Positions 1-9,851 of a stretch of 32,000 nt of DNA are shown piece by piece (position 1 is the stretch's first letter; every line of letters begins with the position of its first letter). The translations under genes were made by a program, and so were the position numbers. Below the pieces are notes generated by a model, which was not told the origin of the DNA, made no database searches, and was given only the letters and a program-made list of their open reading frames with translations. Origin of the DNA: Phycisphaera mikurensis NBRC 102666 (lineage in GTDB: Bacteria; Planctomycetota; Phycisphaerae; Phycisphaerales; Phycisphaeraceae); contig NC_017080.1 in the NCBI RefSeq assembly GCF_000284115.1, forward strand, positions 210,001 to 242,000, given 5' to 3'.

Positions 1-728
1 TGCTGGACCGCCTCGCCCGCGAAGCGGGCTCGCCCGCCGCCGCCGCCGGGCGGCTGCGCGCCGCGGGCGTGCGGCTGCTCTACTCCGCGGGCGGCGTGCT
101 GCCGCCGGGCCTCGCCGCCGCCTACGCCGCGGCCGGGCTGCCCGTGGGGCAGGTTTTCGGATCCACCGAGGTCGGCAGCGTCACCTGGGCCCCGCCCGGA
201 GAGGACGCCGGCGTCGGCCGGGCGTTGCCGGGCGTCACGCTGCGGGTGGACGGTGCGGGGCACCTCCGCGTCCGCTCGCCGTGGGCGCTCGCGGGCTTCC
301 TCCGCGGGCCCGGCCGCCTGGAAGCCGCGTCCGACGCCGAGGGCTTCTTCGCCACCGGCGACCTCGCCTCGATCGACGCGTCCGGTGCCCTCCGCCTCGC
401 CGGCCGCAGCCGGCTGCTCGTCGACGTCGGCGGCCGCAAGGTGAACCCCGCCGAGGTGGAGGCGGCGCTGGGTGCCTGCCCCGGCGTGGCCGAGGCGGTG
501 GTGCTGCCGATGGTCCAGAGCGAGACGATCACGCGGCTGCGGGCCTTCGTCGAGCCGGCCGGAGCCGACGCCCCGCCGGCGGAGGCGGACCTCCGGGCGA
601 GGCTGCGCCGGACGCTCCCGCCCCACAAGATCCCGCGGCGTTTCCACGCGCTCGCCGCCCTGCCGCGGACTCCCGCCGGCAAGCCCGACCGCGCCGCGCT
701 GTCGCGGCTGGCAGACTCCCTGCCGTGA
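1..728 (+). CDS. AMP-dependent synthetase/ligase (acyl-CoA synthetase-like), C-terminal part; 5' end outside window
   Basis: The frame is open from the window edge to TGA 726-728. The translation carries adenylate-forming enzyme C-terminal motifs (GSTE, FFATGDLA, GRSRLLVDVGGRKVNPAEVE, PRTPAGKPDR). Codon position 3 is strongly G/C. Confidence 0.8.
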   Translation, partial: LDRLAREAGSPAAAAGRLRAAGVRLLYSAGGVLPPGLAAAYAAAGLPVGQVFGSTEVGSVTWAPPGEDAGVGRALPGVTLRVDGAGHLRVRSPWALAGFLRGPGRLEAASDAEGFFATGDLASIDASGALRLAGRSRLLVDVGGRKVNPAEVEAALGACPGVAEAVVLPMVQSETITRLRAFVEPAGADAPPAEADLRARLRRTLPPHKIPRRFHALAALPRTPAGKPDRAALSRLADSLP

Positions 729-1522
729 AGCTCCTCCCCCACCCGCGGACCGTCGCCGGTTTGGCTCCCAAAGCGCCGCGGTCCGCGGCGGTGGCGGCGC
801 TGGCGCTGCTCCTGTCGCTGCCGGGTTGCCGCGGGCCGCGGGTGCTCTCGGGGGAGGCGATCGCCGCCGACCCGGCAGGGGGCGGGTCCTCCGCGGCGGA
901 GCGGCTCCACGCCGCCAACGCGACGCCGCGGGCGGTGTCGAGCTTCTCCGCCGCCTGCCGGCTCACGCTCGTGACGCCCGAGGGCGAGACCGTGAACCTC
1001 GACGGCGCGATCGTCGCCGCCGAGCCCGGGTCGCTCCGGCTGCAGGCCTGGAAGTTCGACCGGCCGGTGATCGACCTGACGGTGACGCCGGCGGGCCGCT
1101 TCCTGTTCGCCCGCGGGCAGGAAGTGCAAGGGGGCGTGCCGGAGGGCTTCGCCGGGATCCCCGCCGGCGGCCTGCCGACGCTGGCGCCGCTTCTGACGGA
1201 GCTGCCGGAGAGCGGGTACCAGACTCGGGGGCCGGGCCTCCTGGCCTGGCCCGCCGCCGCGTTCGGCGTCGAGGCCGACGCCACCATCGTCGCGACGCTC
1301 TCGCCGCTGGGCGTGCGGGAGCTGGCGATCGTCGGCCCCGAGCCCCCCGAGCTCCAGCGGATCGGCTTCGCCAACCACCGCGCCGTCGGCGGCGTCGCCT
1401 GGCCGATGGATTGGACCCTCACCGGCGCCCTCACCGGCACGGTGCTGCTCGAGGACGTCGAGCTCAACCCGCCGCTGCCGGCCTCGGCTTTCGAGCCGCC
1501 CGCCAGCGCCAGAGCCTTTTGA
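725..1522 (+). CDS. Putative lipoprotein, LolA/LolB-like (outer-membrane lipoprotein-sorting fold)
   Basis: GTG 725 overlaps the upstream stop (GTGA). The N-terminus MKLLPHPRTVAGLAPKAPRSAAVAALALLLSLPGC has a lipobox (LPGC). The body and the C-terminal 'NPPLPASAFEPP' resemble LolA/LolB-type proteins. The start is uncertain: an in-frame GTG at 791 is an alternative, because a 46-nt palindromic element lies at 743-788. Confidence 0.6.
   Translation: MKLLPHPRTVAGLAPKAPRSAAVAALALLLSLPGCRGPRVLSGEAIAADPAGGGSSAAERLHAANATPRAVSSFSAACRLTLVTPEGETVNLDGAIVAAEPGSLRLQAWKFDRPVIDLTVTPAGRFLFARGQEVQGGVPEGFAGIPAGGLPTLAPLLTELPESGYQTRGPGLLAWPAAAFGVEADATIVATLSPLGVRELAIVGPEPPELQRIGFANHRAVGGVAWPMDWTLTGALTGTVLLEDVELNPPLPASAFEPPASARAF
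743..788. repeat. 46-nt palindromic REP-like element, copy 1
   Basis: ccgcggaccgtcgccggtttggctcccaaagcgccgcggtccgcgg. Outer 10-nt arms are perfectly complementary, and TTTGG/CCAAA pair internally. The first 19 nt are identical to the copy at 20661. Confidence 0.75.
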
Positions 1523-1563
1523 GCCCGCCGCGCCCGGCCCCCGCTGCCCCGTAGCGTCGCCTG

Positions 1564-2850
1564 ATGCTCACCCTCGCCGCCGGCGCCCTCATCGATCCCG
1601 ATCCCTACGAGATCGGCCTCCTCGTGCTCGGCCTGGGCCTGCTGATGGGCCTGCTCGTGCCGCAGGTGCTGCTCAAGCGGCCGGCCCTGCTCGCGGTCAG
1701 CTACCTCGCGCTGGGGGCGGGCCTCTTCGCCTTCACCGACCTCGAGGCGCCGGACATCCTCGACGGCGGCACCGGCCGGCTCCTCTGGGAGAAGCTGACC
1801 GAGGCGGTGGTGGTCATCTCCCTGGTGGGCGCCGGCCTCTCCATCGACCGCCGCCGCTTCCGCCACTGGGGCGTCACCACCCGGCTGCTGCTGATCACGA
1901 TGCCGATCACGATCCTGCTGCTCGCGCTGGGCGGCTGGCTGCTCGCCGGGCTGTCGATCCCGGCCGCGCTGCTGCTGGGCGCGATCCTCGCGCCGACCGA
2001 TCCCGTCCTCGCCGGCGACGTCCAGGTCGGCACGCCGAACTCCGAGGAAGAGCACCCCGTCCGCTTCGCGCTCACCAGCGAGGCCGGCCTCAACGACGGC
2101 CTCGCCTTCCCCTTCGTTTATCTGGCGGTTGCCGCCGCGGCGGCGGGCCTCTCCGCCTCCGGGTCGCCGGAAGGCTGGGCCTGGCTGGGGGAGTGGGCGT
2201 GGAAGGACCTGGCCGCCCGCGTCGCGATCGGCGCCGCCGCCGGCGTGGCCGTCGGCTGGATCCTCGGCAAGCTGATGTACCGCGTGCCGCGCGCCAAGCC
2301 GCTGGCCGCCAGCGGCTCGGGCGTGCTGGCGCTGGTGATCTTTCTCATCGCCTACGGGGCCACCGAGCTGGTCGGCGGCTACGGATTCCTCGCGGCCTTC
2401 TTCGCCGCCTTCATGATCCGCCGCGAGTCGCTGAGCCACGCCTTCAACCAGGAGCTGGTGAGCTTCATCCACGAGACCGAGCACGCCGCGATCGTGCTGG
2501 TCCTGGTGCTCATGGGCGGCGCCGCCTTGGCCGTCTTCCCCACGCTCACGTGGCAGGACATGGCGCTCGCGCTGCTGCTGATCTTCGTGTTCCGCCCGCT
2601 CGCCGGCATGATCGGCCTCCTGGGCTGCCGCGACGGCTGGCGGACCCGCGCCGTGATCGCCTTCTTCGGCGTGCGCGGCGTGGGCAGCGTCTACTACCTC
2701 TCCTACGCCTACGGGCGGGAGGGCTTCGAGGACGCGCCGCGGCTGTGGGGCATCGTGATCTTCGCGACCACGCTGTCCGCGGCGTTCCACGGGCTCACGG
2801 CGATCCCCGTGATGAAGTGGCTGGAGCGGAACGAGCCGGGCGAGGGCTGA
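1564..2850 (+). CDS. Cation:proton antiporter, CPA1 (Na+/H+ exchanger family)
   Basis: 428-aa polytopic membrane protein with Na+/H+ exchanger signatures (LAPTDPVLAGDV, LTSEAGLNDGLAFPF). Confidence 0.85.
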   Translation: MLTLAAGALIDPDPYEIGLLVLGLGLLMGLLVPQVLLKRPALLAVSYLALGAGLFAFTDLEAPDILDGGTGRLLWEKLTEAVVVISLVGAGLSIDRRRFRHWGVTTRLLLITMPITILLLALGGWLLAGLSIPAALLLGAILAPTDPVLAGDVQVGTPNSEEEHPVRFALTSEAGLNDGLAFPFVYLAVAAAAAGLSASGSPEGWAWLGEWAWKDLAARVAIGAAAGVAVGWILGKLMYRVPRAKPLAASGSGVLALVIFLIAYGATELVGGYGFLAAFFAAFMIRRESLSHAFNQELVSFIHETEHAAIVLVLVLMGGAALAVFPTLTWQDMALALLLIFVFRPLAGMIGLLGCRDGWRTRAVIAFFGVRGVGSVYYLSYAYGREGFEDAPRLWGIVIFATTLSAAFHGLTAIPVMKWLERNEPGEG

Positions 2851-2953
2851 GGGGCCGCGAACGACGCCTCCTCCGGCGCTTCGGCTATCTTGGCCGCCCC
2901 GCGTGGGCTTCGCCGCCTGCGCGTGCGTGTGCCCCGCCGCCCGAAAGCTCCGC

Positions 2954-3916
2954 ATGACCCCGCTTCTCGCCGCCGCCAACCCGATTTCGCACGTCGTCGA
3001 TTATCCCTGGGTCGTCACCGAGGTGCTCGGGGTCCCGGTGTGGATCCTCTCCAACGTGACGATCATGCTGGTGATCTCGGCGATCATCACCGCGGCGATC
3101 CTCATCCCCGCCGCCAACCGCATCGCCTCGGGCAAGTCCGGCTCCATCGACGACCTGCGGGCCAAGGGCCTCTGGGCCAACTTCGTGGAGGCCGTCTGCG
3201 TCGGCCTCCGCGACACCATCTTCAAGCCGCTGCTCGGCGATCAGACCGACCGCTACATGCCGGTGCTCTGGACGCTGTTCTGGTTCATCCTCGTGTGCAA
3301 CCTGATGGGCCTCGTGCCGCTGCTGGACCTCACCGCCGCGATCGGGAAGCTGTTCGGATACGAGACCTTCCACGGCATCGGCGGCACCGCCACGCAGAGC
3401 ATCTGGGTGACCGGGGCCCTGGCCCTGATCGCCGGCCTGTTCTGGAACGCCCAGGGCATGGTCAAGGATTTCGACGGCTACTTCGCCCACCTCACCGGCG
3501 GCGCGCCGGTGTACATGTGGCCGATCATCATCCCCGTCGAGCTGCTGGGCCTGGTCATCAAGCCCTTCGCGCTGGCCCTGCGGCTGTTCGCGAACATGAC
3601 CGGCGGCCACGTGCTGCTGGCGGCGCTGCTGGGCTTCGTCTACTCGCTGCTGAACGCCTTCCACCCGGTGGTCGGCGGCGGCTTGGCGATCATCCCGCTG
3701 ATCGGGGCCGTGGCGATCTACCTCCTCGAGGTGCTGGTGGGCTTCCTCCAGGCCTTCATCTTCGCCTTCCTCACGGGCCTGTTCCTCAGCCAGCTGGTCG
3801 TCCACCACGGCGACCACGAGCACGCCGACGAGCATGGCCACGAGAGCGGGCCGGATGCCGATCTCGACGAGCGCCGGCTGCCCGCCGACGGGCCCGTGCC
3901 CGGGGTGACGGTGTAA
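2954..3916 (+). CDS. atpB: F0F1 ATP synthase subunit a
   Basis: Contains the hallmark LRLFANMTGGHVLL helix and the conserved C-terminal helix (LQAFIFAFLTGLFL). Start taken at ATG 2954 (MTPLLAAANPIS); in-frame ATG 2903 is an alternative. It has a His/Asp/Glu-rich C-terminal tail. Confidence 0.9.
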   Translation: MTPLLAAANPISHVVDYPWVVTEVLGVPVWILSNVTIMLVISAIITAAILIPAANRIASGKSGSIDDLRAKGLWANFVEAVCVGLRDTIFKPLLGDQTDRYMPVLWTLFWFILVCNLMGLVPLLDLTAAIGKLFGYETFHGIGGTATQSIWVTGALALIAGLFWNAQGMVKDFDGYFAHLTGGAPVYMWPIIIPVELLGLVIKPFALALRLFANMTGGHVLLAALLGFVYSLLNAFHPVVGGGLAIIPLIGAVAIYLLEVLVGFLQAFIFAFLTGLFLSQLVVHHGDHEHADEHGHESGPDADLDERRLPADGPVPGVTV

Positions 3917-4027
3917 GAAGCAAGCGAAGAAGCGAAGAAGAGAGAGAGCGAAGAAGTCGGACAGGAAGCATGACCGGTCCGGACCTCGCTGCCGACTTCC
4001 TCGCTTCTTCGCTTCCCCGCTTGTTCG
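3917..4027 (+). repeat. Octamer-periodic purine array plus complementary pyrimidine octamers (composite hairpin element, small copy)
   Basis: The purine arm begins right after the atpB TAA: GAAGCAAG CGAAGAAG CGAAGAAG AGAGAGAG CGAAGAAG (3917-3956). A spacer contains the palindrome GACCGGTC (3972-3979). Then come CTTCCTCG CTTCTTCG CTTCCCCG CTTGTTCG (3996-4027). The arms are complementary. A 21-nt core (4002-4022) is identical to 24063-24083. Confidence 0.75.
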
Positions 4028-4259
4028 CCTGCCCCGAAGAACCCACAACGCCACCTTCGAAGGGCGCTCCCGAAACCCGATCGCCGCCCTCACCCGAACG
4101 AAGCGTCCCCACCGGTGGAGTCGGACCCCCGTTGAGCCTCTGGCACCCGGACGCACCCCCTCCGGCCCGTTCCGACCGGGCCAGCGTGTGACGGCTCCAC
4201 GACAGACCGAGCCGAACCCCCGGACCCGCCCGGCCCAACGCGGGACGCGAGTACCCCTC

Positions 4260-4592
4260 ATGAAGAACCTCACCCGCTACGGACTGTTCCTCTTCGGCCT
4301 GTGCGCCGCCTTCCTGCTCGCCGGCGAGGCCGGCGCCCAGGTGCTCACCGAGGAGGTCGCCTCGGCGACCTACAACGGCTTCGCCAAGGCCGGCGCGGCG
4401 ATCGGCGCCGGCCTGGTCATCATGGGCGGCGGCAAGGGCATCGGCAACATCGGCGGCAACGCCGTGCAGGCCATCGCCCGCCAGCCCGAGGCCGGCGGCT
4501 CGATCTTCCAGAACATGATCATCGCGGCCGCCCTGATCGAGGGCGCCACGCTGTTCGCGGTCGTGGTCTGCCTCCTGGTCGCTCTGGGTTGA
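4260..4592 (+). CDS. atpE: F0F1 ATP synthase subunit c with N-terminal signal-peptide-like extension
   Basis: The C-terminal ~80 aa is a typical c-subunit hairpin (GGGKGIGNIGG...ARQPEA...AAALIEGATLFAVV). It is preceded by MKNLTRYGLFLFGLCAAFLLAGEAGAQ. Confidence 0.9.
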   Translation: MKNLTRYGLFLFGLCAAFLLAGEAGAQVLTEEVASATYNGFAKAGAAIGAGLVIMGGGKGIGNIGGNAVQAIARQPEAGGSIFQNMIIAAALIEGATLFAVVVCLLVALG

Positions 4593-4758
4593 TCCCGCCC
4601 GGCGGGAGGAGACGCCGCCACGTTGTGGCCCACGCCTCCTGCCTTGAGCGCTCCGATCGCCTCTGCGGGCGCAGGCCGATCGGAAATCGGCGCCCGATGC
4701 TCTACCTTCCCCGAGGCCGCCCCCACCGGGCCGCCGCGGGCTTTCAAGCCGCCTGAAG

Positions 4759-5388
4759 ATGCGAGACGCCATGACCCCAGCCTTCCGACCCGCCTGCACC
4801 GCCATCGCGCTCGCGAGCTGCGCCCTCGCGCCCCCGGCCCTCGCCGCGGCGGGGGCGGGCGGGGGCGGCAGCGACACCGAACCCAATCTCTTCGCCGGCT
4901 CGATCTTCCAGTCGCTCGCGGCGATCGTCGCCTTCATCCTGCTGCTCTTGATCCTCCGCAAGTACGCGTGGGGTCAGATCCTCACGGGCCTGCAGGACCG
5001 CGAGAACCGCATCAAGGACGACCTGGACCACGCCGCCAAGAAGCACGCCGAGGCCCAGGCCGTGCTCGAGGACTACCGCGAGCAGCTCCGCGGGATCCAG
5101 GCCGAGGCCCAAGCCAAGATCGACGAGGCCCGCAAGGCGGGGGAGGCCGTGAAGGCCAAGCTCATCGCCGACGCCGAGGCCCACGGGGCCCGGCTCCGCG
5201 AGCGGGCCGAGAAGGAGATCGCCGCCGCCAAGGAGACCGCCATCGCCGAGGTCTACGAGAAGAGCGCCGTGCTCTCCACCGACATCGCCGCCAAGATCCT
5301 CGGCCGCGAGATCGATGCCGGCGCCCAGCAGGACCTCGTGAACGAGTCGCTCCGCGAGTTCGAGTCCCGCGTGGCACAGAACAACTAA
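4759..5388 (+). CDS. atpF: F0F1 ATP synthase subunit b
   Basis: One TM helix (IFQSLAAIVAFILLLLILRKYAW) is followed by a long charged coiled-coil typical of subunit b. It sits between atpE and atpH. An extra N-terminal hydrophobic segment carries a lipobox-like LASC. The start could also be ATG 4771. Confidence 0.8.
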   Translation: MRDAMTPAFRPACTAIALASCALAPPALAAAGAGGGGSDTEPNLFAGSIFQSLAAIVAFILLLLILRKYAWGQILTGLQDRENRIKDDLDHAAKKHAEAQAVLEDYREQLRGIQAEAQAKIDEARKAGEAVKAKLIADAEAHGARLRERAEKEIAAAKETAIAEVYEKSAVLSTDIAAKILGREIDAGAQQDLVNESLREFESRVAQNN

Positions 5389-5560
5389 CCGCGACCAGAA
5401 CCGTCGCCATGGCCGCCGGGACAAGCCGCGGACGGCACGGATGAAGGGGATGTTCCTCCCCCTGAACATCCTTCCGGCACCGCACCCCACCGTGCTTCTT
5501 CTGAATCCGTGACATCCGTTGCATCCGTGGCCCGTCCTGCCCGAGCCCCCGGCCCCGCCC

Positions 5561-6166
5561 ATGCCTGAAACCTCCACCCAGACCAACCAGGTCGGCCGCG
5601 TCTACGCCGACGCCCTCATCGAGCTCGCGCAGAAGCACGACCGGCTCGACGAGGTGGCCGACGAGGCCCAGCAGCTGTCGGACCTGCTCCGCGAGCAGCC
5701 GCGGCTGCAGACGCTGCTGTCCAACCCCGCCATCACCAGCGCCGACCGCGTCGACCTGGTGGAGCGGGTGTTCGCGGGCAAGGTCAGCGACACGCTGTTC
5801 AAGTTCCTCTCGGTGATGGCCCGCAAGGACCGCCTCGACGAGCTCGACGCCGTGCTGGTGTCCGTGCGTCAGCGGGTCGCGGACATCCGCGGCGAGGTCG
5901 AGGTCGACGCCTGGACCGCCAAGGAGATGGGCGAGGACCTGCGCAACGATGTCCGCGACCGGGTTGCGTCGGCGCTGGGGGGCAAGGCGGTGACGCTTCG
6001 TGAGCACGTCGACCCCTCGCTGCTCGGCGGCCTGAAGCTCCGCGTCGGCGACCGCCTCGTCGACGGCACCGCCGCCACCCGGCTCCGCCTCCTCCGCCGC
6101 AACCTGATCACCGCCGGCAAGACCGCCGCCCGCGATGCCGCGGCAGTCTCCGGCTCCGCCGGATAA
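5561..6166 (+). CDS. atpH: F0F1 ATP synthase subunit delta (OSCP)
   Basis: N-terminal [13 protein letters not shown] and C-terminal [18 protein letters not shown] are typical of delta/OSCP. It lies directly before atpA. ATG 5561 was chosen over the upstream TTG 5519. Confidence 0.85.
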   Translation: MPETSTQTNQVGRVYADALIELAQKHDRLDEVADEAQQLSDLLREQPRLQTLLSNPAITSADRVDLVERVFAGKVSDTLFKFLSVMARKDRLDELDAVLVSVRQRVADIRGEVEVDAWTAKEMGEDLRNDVRDRVASALGGKAVTLREHVDPSLLGGLKLRVGDRLVDGTAATRLRLLRRNLITAGKTAARDAAAVSGSAG

Positions 6167-6318
6167 GTTGGCCATCGCCGCAACCCGCCGTTCAAGCCAT
6201 GCGCCGGGTTTCCCGGTGCCGCGCTGAATCAAACCCACCGCCTCCGCACGCAGACCGGGGTTCCCCCGGTCGGAGGCGCAACCGCCCCGAACCTCACCCC
6301 GCGAAGCGGAGTCCCCCC

Positions 6319-7881
<1,563 letters not shown>

Positions 7882-7951
7882 GCTCCCGGCGGCGGGAGGA
7901 AGGGGCATCCGGTCGCAGCGTGCCGGTCCGAGCCCGAGCCCGAGCCCGCGC

Positions 7952-7997
7952 CCGCGGACGGTCCGGGCTTTCGGGCGGGAGGGCCGACGGTCCGCGG
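7952..7997. repeat. 46-nt palindromic REP-like element, copy 2 (terminator-like)
   Basis: ccgcggacggtccgggctttcgggcgggagggccgacggtccgcgg, lying 70 nt after the atpA stop. It is the only copy followed by a T-run (ATTTTG, 7998-8003). It is preceded by (AGCCCG)x3. Confidence 0.7.
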
Positions 7998-8217
7998 ATT
8001 TTGCTGCGAGCGTGCTGATCCGGGTTGGGTGGCGGTCGCCGGAGGCGACGCCCGCGGGGCCGCGGATCCGCCGCGTGTCCTGCGGACACCCCACCCCGCG
8101 AGCGGCGTGGCACCCGGGCATCGGGCCGCTCGAGAAAGATGTGCCGAAGGTCGAGCCCACCAGGAGGTGGAGGAACCCACCCCCGAGCGGACGCCCGCGG
8201 AGATCACCGGACGTGGG

Positions 8218-9753
8218 TCACGCGTAGCCGGGCAGGAAGTCCTTCTCGGCCTCGAACATCTCCATCGCCATCTCCCGGATCTGGGCCGGCGACAGCACCG
8301 CGGCGGTCAGCGGGTCGAGCAGCAGGGCGTGCACGGCGGCCTCCTTGCTCCGCTGGATGACCGCCGTCGCGGCGAGGTCGATGAAGGCCATGTTGCTCGC
8401 GCAGACGCGGGCCATCGGCGCCGGCAGGGCGCCGTAGCGGGTCGGCTGCACCCCGTTGCCGTCGACGAGGCAGGCGACCTCGACGCAGCCGTCGCCGGGG
8501 AGGTTGGTGATGAGCTTGCCGGCCTCCCCAGGCGAAGCCTTGGCCGGATCGGCCACCCGGTTCATCACGTTCCCGTGGATCCGCCACGGCGCGTCCTTCT
8601 CGATCGCCTCGATGATGAAGGTGCCGTACTCCCAGCTCCGCTTCAGGTCGATCTGCTCCTCGCCGCTCACCAGCCGGTCGCGGAGCGCGTCGGCTTCGGT
8701 CCGCCAGTGGGGCCAGTTGGTCGCGTAGAAGCGGGAGCCGCCGTCGTAGCCGCGGCGGAGCAGCGCCCGGCCGCGCTCGTTCTTGCGGTACCACGGCAGG
8801 TACTCGGAGAGGTGGCCCGAGCTCTCGGTGATGAAGGCGCCGAACTGCAGGCACATGTCCTTGCGGACCAGATCGCGGCCCTCGTAGGGCTGCTCCTTCT
8901 CCTCGCCGAAGACGGCGTCCTGGGCGTCGTGCACGGCGACGCCGGCCTCGGCTTCGGCGAAGCCGGCGGCGACCTCGGCCTCGAACTTCGCCCGGAGGGT
9001 CTTCGCGTAGAGGTCCTCGCCGTTTCGCTCGAGCTTGGTGAACCACGCCAGGTGGTTGATGCCGGCGCACTCCCAGCGGAGCGTCTCGTAGTCGACGCCG
9101 GCGTACTCGGCCAGCAGGTGGCTGGTGCCCTGCACGCTGTGGCACAGGCCCACGACGGGGACCTCGGGCACGGCCCGACCCGCGGCGAGGCACAGAATGC
9201 CCATCGGGTTGGTGTAGTTGAGCATCAACGCCCCGGGGCACAGCTCGCGCATGTCGCGGAGGGCGTCGAGGAACACGGGGACCGTGCGGAGCGCCTTGAA
9301 GAGGCCGCCGGGGCCCAGCGTGTCGCCGATGCACTGGTCGATGCCGTGCTTGAGCGGGATGTCGTTGTCCCAGGCGACGCAGTCGACGCCGGAGACCTCG
9401 ACGCAGCACACGGCGTAGTGCGTGCCGGGGAGCACCGCGCGGCGGTCGGTGGAGGAGACCACCTTCCACTTGTCGGCGTTGCCCGTCGCCTCGATGAGCT
9501 TCTCGATGACCCGGTGCATGCGGTCGAGGCGTCCGCGGTCGACGTCGACGAGGCGCAGCTCGCCGCCGGCGTTGCCGGGGATGAGCAGCAGGTCGCGGCA
9601 CAGCGTGGAGCAGAAGTTCGAGCCGGCGCCCAGGAAGGTGAGGTGGACGGGCCGGGGCATCTCCCCGGGCAGGCCGACGACCTCCGAGGCCTTCGTGTGC
9701 GCGGCGTGCCCGGCGGGGGCGGCGGGTTCGGGGGCTTCGAGGAGGGTCGGCAT
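8218..9753 (-). CDS. Glycoside hydrolase family 4 (NAD-dependent alpha-galactosidase/alpha-glucosidase type)
   Basis: N-terminal Rossmann motif FLGAGS, then GH4 signatures (MLNYTNPMG, VVGLCHSVQGT, GINHLAWF). Start taken at ATG 9753 (MPTLLE); the upstream part of the track ORF looks non-coding. Confidence 0.85.
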   Translation of the reverse strand: MPTLLEAPEPAAPAGHAAHTKASEVVGLPGEMPRPVHLTFLGAGSNFCSTLCRDLLLIPGNAGGELRLVDVDRGRLDRMHRVIEKLIEATGNADKWKVVSSTDRRAVLPGTHYAVCCVEVSGVDCVAWDNDIPLKHGIDQCIGDTLGPGGLFKALRTVPVFLDALRDMRELCPGALMLNYTNPMGILCLAAGRAVPEVPVVGLCHSVQGTSHLLAEYAGVDYETLRWECAGINHLAWFTKLERNGEDLYAKTLRAKFEAEVAAGFAEAEAGVAVHDAQDAVFGEEKEQPYEGRDLVRKDMCLQFGAFITESSGHLSEYLPWYRKNERGRALLRRGYDGGSRFYATNWPHWRTEADALRDRLVSGEEQIDLKRSWEYGTFIIEAIEKDAPWRIHGNVMNRVADPAKASPGEAGKLITNLPGDGCVEVACLVDGNGVQPTRYGALPAPMARVCASNMAFIDLAATAVIQRSKEAAVHALLLDPLTAAVLSPAQIREMAMEMFEAEKDFLPGYA

Positions 9754-9851
9754 GCGGTGCGTCCGGGGAGGGAGGAGTGGGCGGTGGGCCCACGGGAGTT
9801 CAACCCTTGATCTTGACGCACGGAAACCGGCTTGTAAACCTGCATCCTGTG
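9754..9851. promoter_or_regulatory. Divergent control region between the GH4 gene and the AraC-family regulator
   Basis: 98-bp spacer that is locally AT-richer. Plus-strand candidate: TTGACG (9813-9818), 16 nt, TAAACC (9835-9840). Minus-strand candidate: TTTACA, 17 nt, CAAGAT. Both -10 boxes are weak matches. Confidence 0.3.

Noticed and set aside
529-2979. 816-aa minus-strand ORF, and similar giant ORFs at 6229-8160(-), 8029-9810(+), 8204-9793(-), 21568-23991(+), 25777-28443(-), 28957-31035(-) and 14390-16360(-)
   Set aside because: They lie antisense to, or out of frame with, genes that have clear family signatures. Their translations are Arg/Pro/Gly/Ala-rich low-complexity strings. These are the expected stop-codon-poor shadow ORFs of very GC-rich DNA.
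5509-5518. Shared motif AATC(C/T)GTGACATCCG at 5504-5518 and 9865-9879
   Set aside because: A 14/15 match between two sites is within chance expectation for all-against-all comparison of a 32-kb window on both strands. One copy lies inside the araC coding region.
7931-7954. Hexamer microsatellite (AGCCCG)x3 plus CGCCCG next to REP copy 2
   Set aside because: It is only three perfect units in GC-rich DNA and is probably incidental. It is noted in the feature evidence only.
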